This document shows positions 1 to 9,203 of a stretch of DNA of 64,000 nt, piece after piece; positions within the stretch are counted from its first letter, which is position 1, and each line of letters starts with the position of its first letter. Where the stretch lies: assembly GCA_963727455.1 (NCBI GenBank), contig CAVSGG010000005.1, positions 480,001 to 544,000 of the forward strand. Reading direction: 5' to 3'. This DNA comes from Candidatus Krumholzibacteriota bacterium. GTDB taxonomy: Bacteria > Krumholzibacteriota > Krumholzibacteriia > JAJRXK01. Under the pieces are notes generated by a model. That model searched no databases. It was not told where the DNA came from and saw nothing but the letters and a program-made list of their open reading frames with translations. A program made the position numbers and the translations under genes.

Positions 1-351
1 GCGGCTGCGCTGCACGCCTTCGAGGAGAACTTGGGTGATGCCGCGCGCGAGTCGAAGCTTGCGCGCGCGCTGCGGAAACTGCGCGAGACGGCAGAGCGTA
101 TCGAGGACAGCCTCGCCGCGCAATCTCTGCAACGGGCAGGCGAGGAGCACCCCTTCGTGCTTCTGACTCCCGACCTATTGGGGCTGCGCGGCACTCCCCA
201 AGAGAGGGCCTACGCGACGGTCGTGGCGTGGGAGTGGTTCGGGCAGGACTTTTCCCGCTATCTGCAGGAGCTGGGCAGGCGCTACGTCGAAGACTTGGAG
301 GAGGGTGTGGCGCCGTTCTATCTGGGACGGATACGCTTGGAGACGACATGA
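1..351 (+). CDS. bshC: 3' end of a probable bacillithiol cysteine-adding enzyme BshC (5'-truncated by the window)
   Basis: Frame is open from base 1. A helical stretch is followed by G-T-P-Q-E-R, resembling the conserved C-terminal QER motif of BshC. The stop overlaps the bshB1 start, upstream of bshA. Confidence 0.6.
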   Translation, partial: AAALHAFEENLGDAARESKLARALRKLRETAERIEDSLAAQSLQRAGEEHPFVLLTPDLLGLRGTPQERAYATVVAWEWFGQDFSRYLQELGRRYVEDLEEGVAPFYLGRIRLETT

Positions 352-1091
352 ACCGTGCACGAAGAAAGAGTGAGGTCGACGCGCTGTTTCTCTCACCGCA
401 TCCCGACGATGTGGAGTTGTTCTGTGGAGGTACGGTAGCCCGGCTGGTCGAAGCTGGGTCCGAAGTCGCCATCGTCGACCTCACCCGCGGCGAAATGTCC
501 AGCAATGGGACGGTAGAAGAGCGACGCGAAGCAAGTTTGCGTGCGGCCGAGATCTTGGGCGTGAAAGAGGAGCGCGAGGTTCTCGGGTTTCCCGACGGGG
601 GAGTCAAGGAACACGATGCGCAACAGCTGAAGGTTCTGGTCGAACTCTTGCGCGTGAGACGACCACAACTGCTCTTCGCGCCCTATGGTGTGGATCGGCA
701 TCCGGACCATGTGGCCGCAGGGGCCTTGGCGCGGCGCGCCATCTTTTTCGCGGGTTTGAGCCGCTTCGCCGCGGGGGGGAAGCCTTACCGGCCGAGGCTA
801 CTCGTCGGCTATCCCTGTCACACTCTCGTTCCCGTTTCGTTCACAGTGGACGTTGGTAGAGTCATGGAAGCGCGCCGTGCGGCCATCGCGGAATATCGCA
901 GTCAATTTCAGGCTGGACCCGACTCCACGGCGACCTACATCAATCGGCCCGACTTCCTGACGGCCCGCGAAGCCCGTCTGCGCGAGTGGGGACTCACGAG
1001 TGGGGTGGAGTTCGCCGAGGGCTTCGTCCTGGATGAGCCACTCCTGTTGACCGATCCACACTCTCTCTTCCTGCGAGGGGATGCACGATGA
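348..1091 (+). CDS. bshB1: Bacillithiol biosynthesis GlcNAc-malate deacetylase (PIG-L family)
   Basis: PHPDDVE, DLTRGE, RHPDH and YRSQF motifs; ATG at 348; overlaps bshA. Confidence 0.88.
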   Translation: MNRARRKSEVDALFLSPHPDDVELFCGGTVARLVEAGSEVAIVDLTRGEMSSNGTVEERREASLRAAEILGVKEEREVLGFPDGGVKEHDAQQLKVLVELLRVRRPQLLFAPYGVDRHPDHVAAGALARRAIFFAGLSRFAAGGKPYRPRLLVGYPCHTLVPVSFTVDVGRVMEARRAAIAEYRSQFQAGPDSTATYINRPDFLTAREARLREWGLTSGVEFAEGFVLDEPLLLTDPHSLFLRGDAR

Positions 1092-2239
1092 CCGGCAAGA
1101 AGTACCGCATCGGGATGACCTCGTTCGCCGCGCAGGGTGGCAGTGGTGTGGTGGCCAGCGAGTTGGGTTTGGCGCTCGCCGCGCGCGGACACGAAGTCCA
1201 CTTCATTGCGAACGCTCTGCCCGTGCGTCTGCGCGAATTCCTCCCCAAGGTGTTCTTTCACGAAGTACAGACGGTTCAATATCCCGCGTTTCCCCACGCT
1301 CCGTATACGCTTGCTCTGGCCACGAAGATGACCGAAGTGGCGCGTTACCACGAGCTCGAGATTCTGCATGTACATTACGCCATTCCGCACGCCGCGAGCG
1401 CCTATCTCGCTCAGAAGATGCTCGAACCCACCCAGATCAAAGTGGTGACCACGCTGCACGGGACCGACATTACCTTGGTGGGTCAGGAGCCGAGCTTTTG
1501 GCCCCTGACACAGTTCGTGATCGAACAGAGCGACATCGTCACTGCGGTGAGCAAGGACTTGGCGCGACAGACGCGTGAGATCTTTCGCACCAATCGCGAA
1601 ATTCGCGTCATCTACAACTTCGTCGACCCCGAACACTTCCGTCCCCGACCCGATTTGAAACGAAACAACCCTCTGGCTCCCGCCGGCGAAAAGGTCCTGC
1701 TTCACGCCAGCAACCTCAGACCCGTGAAAAACGTGGAAACCGTCGTTCGCGTTTTCGCCCGCGTGGTGAAGGAGGTCGATTGCCGGCTGGTCATCGTGGG
1801 GGATGGTCCCGAGCGAGGTCCCGCCGAGCGACTCGCCCGTAGATTGGAAGTGGCAGACAAAGTCACCTTCCTGGGAGCGCGCGAATCCATGGAAGAGCTG
1901 ATGGCCATGGCTGACGTGCTTCTTCTTCCGAGCGAGCACGAGTCCTTCGGACTGGTGGCATTGGAGGCGATGAGTGCACAGACGCCAGTTGTCGCCAGCA
2001 AGCGCGGCGGTTTGCCCGAGTTGGTCGAGCACGGAGAAACCGGCTTCCTGCACGAACCCGACGATATCGAGGGCCAGAGCGCATCGGTGCTGCGCCTCTT
2101 GCGTGAGCCGAATCTGGCGCAGGTGATGGGAGAAAGGGCGCGTGAGGTGGCAAAGAACCGCTTTTGTACCGAGTGTGTATTGAACTCGTATCTGGATATG
2201 TATCACGAGATTAGCGGGAGCTCTCGCGCTCCGGGTTGA
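1088..2239 (+). CDS. bshA: N-acetyl-alpha-D-glucosaminyl L-malate synthase (GT4)
   Basis: GGSGVVASELG, LHVHYAIPHA, TTLHGTDITLVG, HASNLRPVK and ESFGLVALEAM are BshA hallmark motifs. Confidence 0.93.
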   Translation: MTGKKYRIGMTSFAAQGGSGVVASELGLALAARGHEVHFIANALPVRLREFLPKVFFHEVQTVQYPAFPHAPYTLALATKMTEVARYHELEILHVHYAIPHAASAYLAQKMLEPTQIKVVTTLHGTDITLVGQEPSFWPLTQFVIEQSDIVTAVSKDLARQTREIFRTNREIRVIYNFVDPEHFRPRPDLKRNNPLAPAGEKVLLHASNLRPVKNVETVVRVFARVVKEVDCRLVIVGDGPERGPAERLARRLEVADKVTFLGARESMEELMAMADVLLLPSEHESFGLVALEAMSAQTPVVASKRGGLPELVEHGETGFLHEPDDIEGQSASVLRLLREPNLAQVMGERAREVAKNRFCTECVLNSYLDMYHEISGSSRAPG

Positions 2240-2263
2240 CACAGCCAGCCGGTGTTCTAGACT
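2236..2263 (+). promoter_or_regulatory. Putative sigma70 promoter TTGACA-N16-TAGACT
   Basis: Consensus -35 at 2236-2241 and -10-like TAGACT at 2258-2263, 30 nt upstream of ATG 2293. Confidence 0.5.
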
Positions 2264-2292
2264 CTGTCTGTAGCACACACGAACCCGCGAGG

Positions 2293-2700
2293 ATGGTAGA
2301 GGTGAGCGAAAAGCCAACGAGCAGCCGCGACGTGATCGCCCGTCTTCAAGAGCATGCCGAGAACGGGCGATACTGTCTCGCCGCTTACGATTTCGTCTTG
2401 CGCGGACTCGATCAAACCATTCGGGCACTCCCGGAGGTACGTCACGTCAGCGGACAGGAGCTCATGGAAGGGCTTCAGGCCTTCGCCAAAGAGCAGTTCG
2501 GACCCATGGCCAAGCACGTACTGAATTCCTGGAGTATCATGCGCACCGAAGACTTCGGTCAGATCGTGTTCGAACTCGTCGATCAGGGAATCCTGCGCAA
2601 GACGGAGGAAGATCGTCTCGAGGATTTCGTGGATCGTTTTGATTTCGACGAGGTCTTCGAGCGCGACTACTACAAAGACCACAAGATCCCGAGTGCTTGA
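2293..2700 (+). CDS. Minf_1886-type conserved hypothetical protein
   Basis: HVSGQEL...QFGPMAKHVLNSW..TEDFGQIVFELV..G.L.K.EED..EDF pattern. ATG 2293 (or GTG 2302) is preferred over the TTG at 2236. Confidence 0.7.
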   Translation: MVEVSEKPTSSRDVIARLQEHAENGRYCLAAYDFVLRGLDQTIRALPEVRHVSGQELMEGLQAFAKEQFGPMAKHVLNSWSIMRTEDFGQIVFELVDQGILRKTEEDRLEDFVDRFDFDEVFERDYYKDHKIPSA

Positions 2701-3287
2701 TGGACGAAGTTTCGCGTTCCGCTCTCATTCTCGGGGGCGGGCGTTCACGCCGCATGGGCCGCGACAAGCGGCTCATTTCTCTACAAGAAACTCAGACGGT
2801 CCTTGCCTTGGAAGTGGCAGCGCTGCAATCCTTGCATTTGCCCATCTGGTTCGCAGGCGCGGCGCACGACGCCGCGCGGCCGCAGCTCGACGGGGTTGCG
2901 ATACTCTGGGACCTAGAATCTCTCGCCGGTCCCCTCATCGCCCTTCTCGACGCATGGCGAGTGGTGTCCGGTGAACTCCTGCTACTGAGCGCCGACTTGC
3001 CGCAGCTGCGCACCGAGTTCCTTCAGAAGATCTTGGGAGAAGCGGCTGCGCATCCGCAGGCCAAAGCCGTCATTCCCAGCGATGGCGAACACTGGCAGCC
3101 ACTATGCGCGTACTATCGAAGCGGGGCACTCCTCCAACTCCAGGAGCTGAGAAGGGCCGGGGAGCGCTCGCTGCTCGCTGCCCTGCAGGGGATGAAGACT
3201 CACGAACTCCACATCTTCGAGGCGCCCGACGAAGCGAGTTTGTGCAACTGGAATCGCCCATCGGATCGAGAGGAACCGCATCCGTGA
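2700..3287 (+). CDS. mobA: Molybdenum cofactor guanylyltransferase
   Basis: LGGGRSRRMGRDK, GPL, DLP, QPLCAYY and terminal NWNRP motifs; adjacent to moaC. Confidence 0.82.
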   Translation: MDEVSRSALILGGGRSRRMGRDKRLISLQETQTVLALEVAALQSLHLPIWFAGAAHDAARPQLDGVAILWDLESLAGPLIALLDAWRVVSGELLLLSADLPQLRTEFLQKILGEAAAHPQAKAVIPSDGEHWQPLCAYYRSGALLQLQELRRAGERSLLAALQGMKTHELHIFEAPDEASLCNWNRPSDREEPHP

Positions 3288-3315
3288 ATTCCGACGAGAC
3301 CAAGAGGGGACCAAA

Positions 3316-3828
3316 ATGAAGAAGAAACCTCAGGCCAAGAAAATGTCGCACCTCGATGCCAGTGGGCGGCCGCGCATGGTCGACGTGGGGGATAAGCCGG
3401 CGACTGACCGCAGCGCACTTGCAAAAGGGCGGATTCAGCTCTCCACGCCCGCGTGGAAGGCGCTGCAGAGCCCGACGGGAACTGGAAAGGGAGATCCGCT
3501 GCAGGTGGCGCAGGTAGCGGCAATCCAGGCCGCAAAGCGGACAGGAGAGTTCATTCCCCTCGCGCATCCCTTGCCGCTGCGTGCGGTCGAACTGAGCTGG
3601 AAGAAGAGAACGCGTGCCCGCGTGCTGGAGGTCCTGGTGAAAGTGCGCGCCTTTGGGCCCACTGGAGTGGAGATGGAGGCGCTCACGGCGGTCAGTGCGG
3701 CTCTCTTGACGGTCTACGACATGCTCAAGGCAGTGGACCGGGGTATGGTCGTCGGACCAATCTGGCTGTCCCGGAAGGAAGGCGGCCAGAGCGGCCTCTG
3801 TCACTTCGACGATCCGCCGCTCCCTTGA
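3316..3828 (+). CDS. moaC: Cyclic pyranopterin monophosphate synthase
   Basis: SHLD..G.PRMVDV..K, KGD, IPLAHPL, TGVEMEALTAVS, YDMLKAVD, KEGGQSG. Confidence 0.95.
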   Translation: MKKKPQAKKMSHLDASGRPRMVDVGDKPATDRSALAKGRIQLSTPAWKALQSPTGTGKGDPLQVAQVAAIQAAKRTGEFIPLAHPLPLRAVELSWKKRTRARVLEVLVKVRAFGPTGVEMEALTAVSAALLTVYDMLKAVDRGMVVGPIWLSRKEGGQSGLCHFDDPPLP

Positions 3829-3834
3829 TTCTGC

Positions 3835-4019
3835 TTGACCGCCGGCCGTAAGTGCATCTATACAACCAGAACACCCCTGGGAACCCATTCGTTCGGGAAA
3901 CGTACACGGTGGGGGTCGGTAGTCCCGCCAACCGACCTCGATGTGGGTAGGCGATGCCGACCCTCCTTCAAGCACAAAGTGAACGGGCTCGGTAGAGCGA
4001 AGAGCCCGAAGGAGCGACG
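3835..4019 (+). promoter_or_regulatory. Putative promoter and structured 5' leader of the tol-pal operon
   Basis: TTGACC (3835-3840) and TATACA (3859-3864); several complementary stems, including CTCCTTC (3963-3969), which is complementary to the SD GAAGGAG (4008-4014). Confidence 0.4.
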
Positions 4020-4766
4020 ATGCTTCACACTCTGGCCCTCGCGACCATTTTTGGCGACTTCGGTGACATCATCGCGACCTCGTCCCCCTTCGCGAAGTTC
4101 ATCATTCTCGTTCTTTTCATTCTCTCCGTCGTGTCCTGGGCCGTGATCGGGGACCGCTATCGCCGCCTAAGGCGCGCAGAGCGCGAAGACAGCCAATTTT
4201 GGCAACGTTTCGACCGCCTGGAGAACTACGAGCAGATGGAAGGGCTCAGCCAGTGGTGCGAGAAGAGCCAGAATTCGAGTCTGGGGAGGATTTTCCGCTT
4301 CTTCCACCGGGAATTTTGGCCGCGCTATCTGAGCCATCGAGGACAGGGCAGCGAGGATACCCTACGAGGGCTGCTGCGCCGCGGCGCGGACCGAGTTGCC
4401 TCCCAACAGATCGAGGAGCTGGAGCGAGGCGTAACCTGGTTGGCCACGCTCAGCTCCATCGCCCCGTTTCTCGGTCTCTTGGGGACGGTCTGGGGCATCA
4501 TGGGTTCGTTTCTACAGATCGGGCGGCAAGGAACTGCCACCCTCGACGCAGTGGGGCCAGGAATTGCCGAGGCGCTGGTCACCACCGTGTGCGGGCTCTT
4601 CGTCGCCATTCCCGCCGTCATCGGATACAACTGGCTCCTGCGCCGGATTCGCGGACAGGAGAGCGATATGGTGCGTCTGATCAGCATGCTCGAGGACCAG
4701 GTCGCGGCCGAGACCCTCACCATGAGTGAGGAGGAGGTCCGAGTGAACGCTGGAGGATTCCACTGA
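4020..4766 (+). CDS. tolQ: TolQ (MotA/TolQ/ExbB proton channel)
   Basis: APFLGLLGTVWGIM, PGIAEALVTT..GLFVAIPAV; first gene of the tolQRAB-pal-cpoB order. Confidence 0.88.
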   Translation: MLHTLALATIFGDFGDIIATSSPFAKFIILVLFILSVVSWAVIGDRYRRLRRAEREDSQFWQRFDRLENYEQMEGLSQWCEKSQNSSLGRIFRFFHREFWPRYLSHRGQGSEDTLRGLLRRGADRVASQQIEELERGVTWLATLSSIAPFLGLLGTVWGIMGSFLQIGRQGTATLDAVGPGIAEALVTTVCGLFVAIPAVIGYNWLLRRIRGQESDMVRLISMLEDQVAAETLTMSEEEVRVNAGGFH

Positions 4767-5188
4767 TGCGTAGCGGCGACGCACTTCGTGGAAGAAAGCA
4801 CTACTCCCAGCTCGCGGAGATCAACGTGACGTCCCTGGTCGATGTCACTCTCGTGTTGCTCATCGTTTTCATGCTTACCGCCCCGTTCATTCAAGGCGGT
4901 GTCGAGGTCGACTTGCCCTCCACGCACTCGGTGCAGGAAGTGGCGCAGGAGGGCATCGTCATTTCTCTGGACAAGTCGCGGCGGGTGTACATCGACGATG
5001 ACCCGATACCAATGAGCCAATTGGCGGAAGTTCTTCATGCCAGTCATCCAGAAGGAGATTCCCGTCCGGTCTATCTCCGCAGCGATCAGGCCGTGCCGTA
5101 CGGCTTCGTGATTCGCGTCATGGGAGAGATCAAGGCGGCGGGAGTCGAAACGCTCAGCCTAGTGGTCGAGCCCGAGCCCGAGAGCTGA
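4766..5188 (+). CDS. tolR: TolR (ExbD/TolR family)
   Basis: EINVTSLVDVTLVLLIVFMLTAP, V.LP, LRSDQAVPYG.V..VM. Confidence 0.88.
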   Translation: MRSGDALRGRKHYSQLAEINVTSLVDVTLVLLIVFMLTAPFIQGGVEVDLPSTHSVQEVAQEGIVISLDKSRRVYIDDDPIPMSQLAEVLHASHPEGDSRPVYLRSDQAVPYGFVIRVMGEIKAAGVETLSLVVEPEPES

Positions 5189-5203
5189 GCGGCGCAAGAC
5201 CTC

Positions 5204-5962
5204 ATGCGAAATACCCTCTTGGTATCGTTTTGCGCGCATCTCCTTGCCACACTCCTCTTCGGAGTGGTGAGCATCGCGTTGCGCCGGCCCCTGCAGCCGG
5301 CGGAGTACATCAGCGTGAACCTGGCCTCGATCCCTCCAGCTCAGGCTCAGAAGAAGCCTACCGAAGCGGTGCAGGAGAAGGTAGTGCCTCCCGAGCCCCA
5401 GGAAGTGAAGACGGCCCAACCCGAGCCCGAGATGGACCTGAGCCAAGAGAAGCCGAGCGAGCCCGCCGAACAGATCGTGCCACCAAAACCGGAACTGCCT
5501 CCGCCCACGAAGAAGGAAAAGCCGAAGGAGAAGGTGCAGGAGAAGTTCCCCGAACCGGTACAGCCCTCCAGAGCCAAGGAAGAACCGCAGAAGGAGAGCA
5601 AGGAAGCCCCCGCGGAGGAAACTCCCGCGACTCAAGCGCAGGCGGGTCCCGCGGTACAGGTCGAGAAGCATGAGGGGGTTCCGGACTACTATCTCGCCTT
5701 GCTCCAGCGCAAGATCGATCGCCGCTGGGAGCCTTCCGCTGCCAGGACGCGGGGAGGCCCCGCGGTCGCCTGTCTGATTCGTTTTCGCATTTCGCCGGCG
5801 GGAGTCATCGAAAATCCACGCGTGGTGGAGAGCAGCGGTTTCTCCGTATTCGACCGTGAGGCGCTGCGCGCCGTCCTCTCCGCCTCGCCTCTGCCGCCAC
5901 CCCCTGCGGGTTCGCGCGCCCTGGAGGTTCCCATCAGCGTTCGTTTCCACCTGGAACAGTAG
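5204..5962 (+). CDS. tolA: TolA/TonB-like energy transducer
   Basis: N-terminal TM with a His residue, Pro/Glu/Lys-rich linker, C-terminal domain SSG...FDREALRAV...PLPPPP; lies between tolR and tolB. Confidence 0.75.
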   Translation: MRNTLLVSFCAHLLATLLFGVVSIALRRPLQPAEYISVNLASIPPAQAQKKPTEAVQEKVVPPEPQEVKTAQPEPEMDLSQEKPSEPAEQIVPPKPELPPPTKKEKPKEKVQEKFPEPVQPSRAKEEPQKESKEAPAEETPATQAQAGPAVQVEKHEGVPDYYLALLQRKIDRRWEPSAARTRGGPAVACLIRFRISPAGVIENPRVVESSGFSVFDREALRAVLSASPLPPPPAGSRALEVPISVRFHLEQ

Positions 5963-5970
5963 GAGTCGTC

Positions 5971-7305
5971 GTGCGCGGATTCGTGCCCAAAATCCTGATC
6001 ACCTTGCTCGTCCTTTTCTCGCTCGGGGGCAACTGTCTCGCGCAGGACGATCAAGGAGTGCTCATCGACCTGCATCGTCAGGGGGCGCGCCGTGTGCGCT
6101 TGCGCATGATGCCGCTGTCCATCGAGAGCGCGCAGGCCAGCGTTCCGCCCGCGGCGACTGCCTTGGCCAATCGTCTCGTACGCGATTTCGTGTACAGCGG
6201 TGTTTTGGATCTGATGGATCCTCTGCCGGAGGGAGTCAGGCGGCCACCCTCCAGCGCTCGGGCCACACCCAAGGATGAGACGCAACCGGATGCCGTGGTT
6301 GCCCTCGGTCTGAGCGGCGAGGACCCGGCTTCGATGATCTTGACCGCCCGACTGCTCGCGCCCGGAGCGCAAACCCTCATCGTGGGGAAGCGCTACGTGG
6401 TGGATCTGAAGGACCCCGGGGCCGCAGTGCATCATTTCTGCGACGTCGTGGTGAACCAGCTCACCGGCGAGGCAGGAATTGCGCGCACCCGAATTCTCTT
6501 CAGCCGCGGCAATCGGGACCGGCGCGAAATCTATCTGGTGGATTACGATGGCGAGAATCTGAAGCAGATCACGCGCAACGGGAGCATCAATCTGGCGCCC
6601 CGCTGGTCGCCGGACGATGACCGTGCCTGCTACACCTCGTACTTTCAAGGTCAGCAGAGGCTCTTGATCTTGGACGGAAAGACGGGGCGAAGCGAGCGCG
6701 TAAGCGACTATCCCGGTTTGAACGTGGGTGCGAGCTGGGATCCGCTAGGCAAGGGCCTGGTGGTCACCCTCAGCCGGGACGGCAACGCGGAGATCTATAG
6801 GATTGACGGGAAGGGAGGCGTCGTGCAGCGTCTCACTCACAGCCCCTCGATCGAATGCTCGCCGGATTTCGATCCCACCGGTCAGCAAGTGGTCTTCACG
6901 AGCGATCGCACCGGGGTGCCGCAGATCTATGTCATGGATCGCGAAGGAGCTAACCGGCGCCGCTTGAGCTATGAAGGGAACTACAACGACAGCGCAGATT
7001 GGTCGCCGCGGGGAGACCGTATTGCCTACGTACGTCGCATCGACGGACGCTTTCAGGTGTTCACGATCGAACCCGATGGAAGCAATCTGCAACAGATCAC
7101 GTTCAGCCAAGATGGCAACAACGAGGACCCGTCCTGGGCCCCCGATGGTCGCCATCTCGTGGTAAGTAGCGACCGTTCGGGTCAAACCAATCTCTGGGTC
7201 CTCGACGTCGAAGGCGGGACTGCCCGCCGACTGAGCAGTGGAGCAGAGGATGACACCTGTCCCGACTGGAGCGGAGTGGAGAAACCCAACGCTCCATCGG
7301 ACTAA
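5971..7305 (+). CDS. tolB: TolB beta-propeller protein
   Basis: Signal peptide; PD40 repeats (PRWSPD, SPDFDPTG, WSPRGD, PSWAPDG); SDRTGVPQIY. Confidence 0.9.
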   Translation: MRGFVPKILITLLVLFSLGGNCLAQDDQGVLIDLHRQGARRVRLRMMPLSIESAQASVPPAATALANRLVRDFVYSGVLDLMDPLPEGVRRPPSSARATPKDETQPDAVVALGLSGEDPASMILTARLLAPGAQTLIVGKRYVVDLKDPGAAVHHFCDVVVNQLTGEAGIARTRILFSRGNRDRREIYLVDYDGENLKQITRNGSINLAPRWSPDDDRACYTSYFQGQQRLLILDGKTGRSERVSDYPGLNVGASWDPLGKGLVVTLSRDGNAEIYRIDGKGGVVQRLTHSPSIECSPDFDPTGQQVVFTSDRTGVPQIYVMDREGANRRRLSYEGNYNDSADWSPRGDRIAYVRRIDGRFQVFTIEPDGSNLQQITFSQDGNNEDPSWAPDGRHLVVSSDRSGQTNLWVLDVEGGTARRLSSGAEDDTCPDWSGVEKPNAPSD

Positions 7306-7330
7306 TCCGATTCATGAGGAGGAAACGCGT

Positions 7331-7924
7331 ATGAAGCGTCGAACCATTCAAGCAGCGCGCAATCTCGGTTACCCGCTGGCTCTCATCGCACTTTTGATCC
7401 TGGGCTTCGCTCTGAGTGCCTGTGGAGGAAAAGACGAAGCGGTAGAGACCAATCCCTCCGAGAGCGGAATGAACGGTGACAAGGGAGTCGACAACGTCGA
7501 TCTCAAGGAAGGCGCCTTCGAGGGCAACAAGATGGGAGACGAAGGCGCGGAGAGCTCCGACCTTCAGGCTCCGAGCGAGGAGACTGCCCCTGCGGTGGTT
7601 CTCGAGGACGTGTTCTTCGACTTCGACAAGTACGAGCTGTCGGATGAAGCGCGCGCCACTCTGAACCAGGATGGGCGTCTGCTGCGCGACAAGAACGACG
7701 TTCGCATTCTCATCGAGGGTCACTGCGATGAGAGAGGGACGGTGCAGTACAATCTGGCCTTGGGGGAAAAGCGAGCCAAGGAAGCCAAGGCTTACCTGGT
7801 GGATCTCGGCATCGCACCCACGAGAATCGACATCGTGAGCTACGGTAAGGAGAGGCCTTTCGCCATGGGACATGACGAAACAGCCTGGCAGCAGAACCGG
7901 CGGGCACACTTGGTGGTTCGCTAG
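7331..7924 (+). CDS. pal: Peptidoglycan-associated lipoprotein Pal
   Basis: Lipobox LSAC; FFDFDK, IEGHCDERGTVQYNLALGEKRA, SYGKERP, NRRA; GAGGAGG SD before ATG 7331. Confidence 0.93.
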   Translation: MKRRTIQAARNLGYPLALIALLILGFALSACGGKDEAVETNPSESGMNGDKGVDNVDLKEGAFEGNKMGDEGAESSDLQAPSEETAPAVVLEDVFFDFDKYELSDEARATLNQDGRLLRDKNDVRILIEGHCDERGTVQYNLALGEKRAKEAKAYLVDLGIAPTRIDIVSYGKERPFAMGHDETAWQQNRRAHLVVR

Positions 7925-7937
7925 AGAGGAGCCGGCC

Positions 7938-8849
7938 ATGAGATGTGGAAGATCGATGCTCGCGGTGGCGTTTGCCCTCGTGTTGGCGCCGGGGTGCGCT
8001 CAGCTGACGCGAATCGAAGACAAAGTCGACGACGTTTCGGCGACGAGTCACGGCCTGCAGCGCCAGCAGGAGGTCACCGCCAAACAGGTGGACGGTCTGC
8101 AGAAGGCGCTGGATTCGGAGGGGATTACCAGCGACGAGAAGCGCGCCGATCTTCTCTCGCGGCTCAAGAACATGGAGCGCTCGATGCAGCAGCTCGAAGC
8201 TCGTGTCGACGATCAGGGGAAGCTGCTGCAGCGCATCCAGGCCAGCCTGGATCTCCTGGCTTCCGGTGGGCAGAGAAGAGTGCCTCCCATGGGCACGGCG
8301 CCCGCTAGCTCTGATTCCACCGCCGTCGATTCCAAGACGGCGCAGAGCGGTGCGAACCCAGCAGAGAAACAGAGCGACACTTTACCGCCGGACACCGCGG
8401 AGGATACCGAGGAGAGCCAGGCCGATTCGAATTCCGTCGACGAGGCGGCCACCTCTCGCTCTCCCGGAGTCGAGGTTTACGACGCGGCGTTCAGCGACTT
8501 CACCCGGGGCTCATACAGTTTGGCGCGAGAGGGGTTCGCGGAATTTCTCGCGCGCTATCCCGATACCGATCTCTCGGACAACGCGAGCTACTGGATCGGC
8601 GAGACTTGGTACGCTCAGGGGAACTACCAGGAAGCGGTGCGTCATTTCGATGCCGTTTTGCGGACTTACCCTGACGGTGATATAGTTCCTGGCGCTCTGC
8701 TGAAGTCGTCGAATTGTCATCTCGAGCTCGGTGAAAGAGACCGCGCTCTGGAGGGTTATCGACGCTTGGTTCGTGAGTATCCCGATAGCGATGAGGCGTT
8801 CATCGCTCAACACAAACTCGCTGAAGCTGGGGTCAGCACCAAGCCCTGA
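7938..8849 (+). CDS. cpoB: Cell division coordinator CpoB (YbgF)
   Basis: Lipobox-like APGC, coiled coil, and TPR domain (YP...LSDNASYWIGE.WY); follows pal. Confidence 0.87.
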   Translation: MRCGRSMLAVAFALVLAPGCAQLTRIEDKVDDVSATSHGLQRQQEVTAKQVDGLQKALDSEGITSDEKRADLLSRLKNMERSMQQLEARVDDQGKLLQRIQASLDLLASGGQRRVPPMGTAPASSDSTAVDSKTAQSGANPAEKQSDTLPPDTAEDTEESQADSNSVDEAATSRSPGVEVYDAAFSDFTRGSYSLAREGFAEFLARYPDTDLSDNASYWIGETWYAQGNYQEAVRHFDAVLRTYPDGDIVPGALLKSSNCHLELGERDRALEGYRRLVREYPDSDEAFIAQHKLAEAGVSTKP

Positions 8850-8856
8850 GAGAACC

Positions 8857-9192
8857 ATGCCGAAAATACCTGCCCTGCGCGTGGCACGGAGTCTGGAACA
8901 GGCTTTTCGCCCGCACGATCTCTGTTCCGTCGATTCGGATTATCACGTCTTCGTGGTGGCCTATTCGGGTTCGTACGTGGAGCACAGCCATCCGGCCGAC
9001 GAGTTCATCCTCATTCTGGAAGGTGAGCTCACGATCGAGGTGGGAGGAGGACAGCAGGTGTTGCGTCAGGGCGACGCCTTTCTCGTGCCCTCGGGCACTC
9101 TCCACCGGCCACGGAGCGCCCGCCGTACCCTCGCCCTGGTGATGGAGCGCCGGGGCCTGCAAACCAGCGCGCAGGGACCAATTCCCGGCTGA
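8857..9192 (+). CDS. Cupin domain protein
   Basis: HSHPADEFILILEG ... GDAFLVPSGTLHRP cupin motifs. Confidence 0.8.
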   Translation: MPKIPALRVARSLEQAFRPHDLCSVDSDYHVFVVAYSGSYVEHSHPADEFILILEGELTIEVGGGQQVLRQGDAFLVPSGTLHRPRSARRTLALVMERRGLQTSAQGPIPG

Positions 9193-9203
9193 GCCGAGCC
9201 CGG

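Noticed and set aside
5340-5650. Tandem repeat in tolA
   Set aside because: Low-complexity Pro/Glu/Lys linker typical of TolA/TonB, not a discrete DNA repeat.
4020-5962. ExbB-ExbD-TonB uptake system with a cobalamin riboswitch
   Set aside because: Followed by tolB-pal-cpoB with no TonB-dependent receptor; the leader lacks recognisable B12-box elements.
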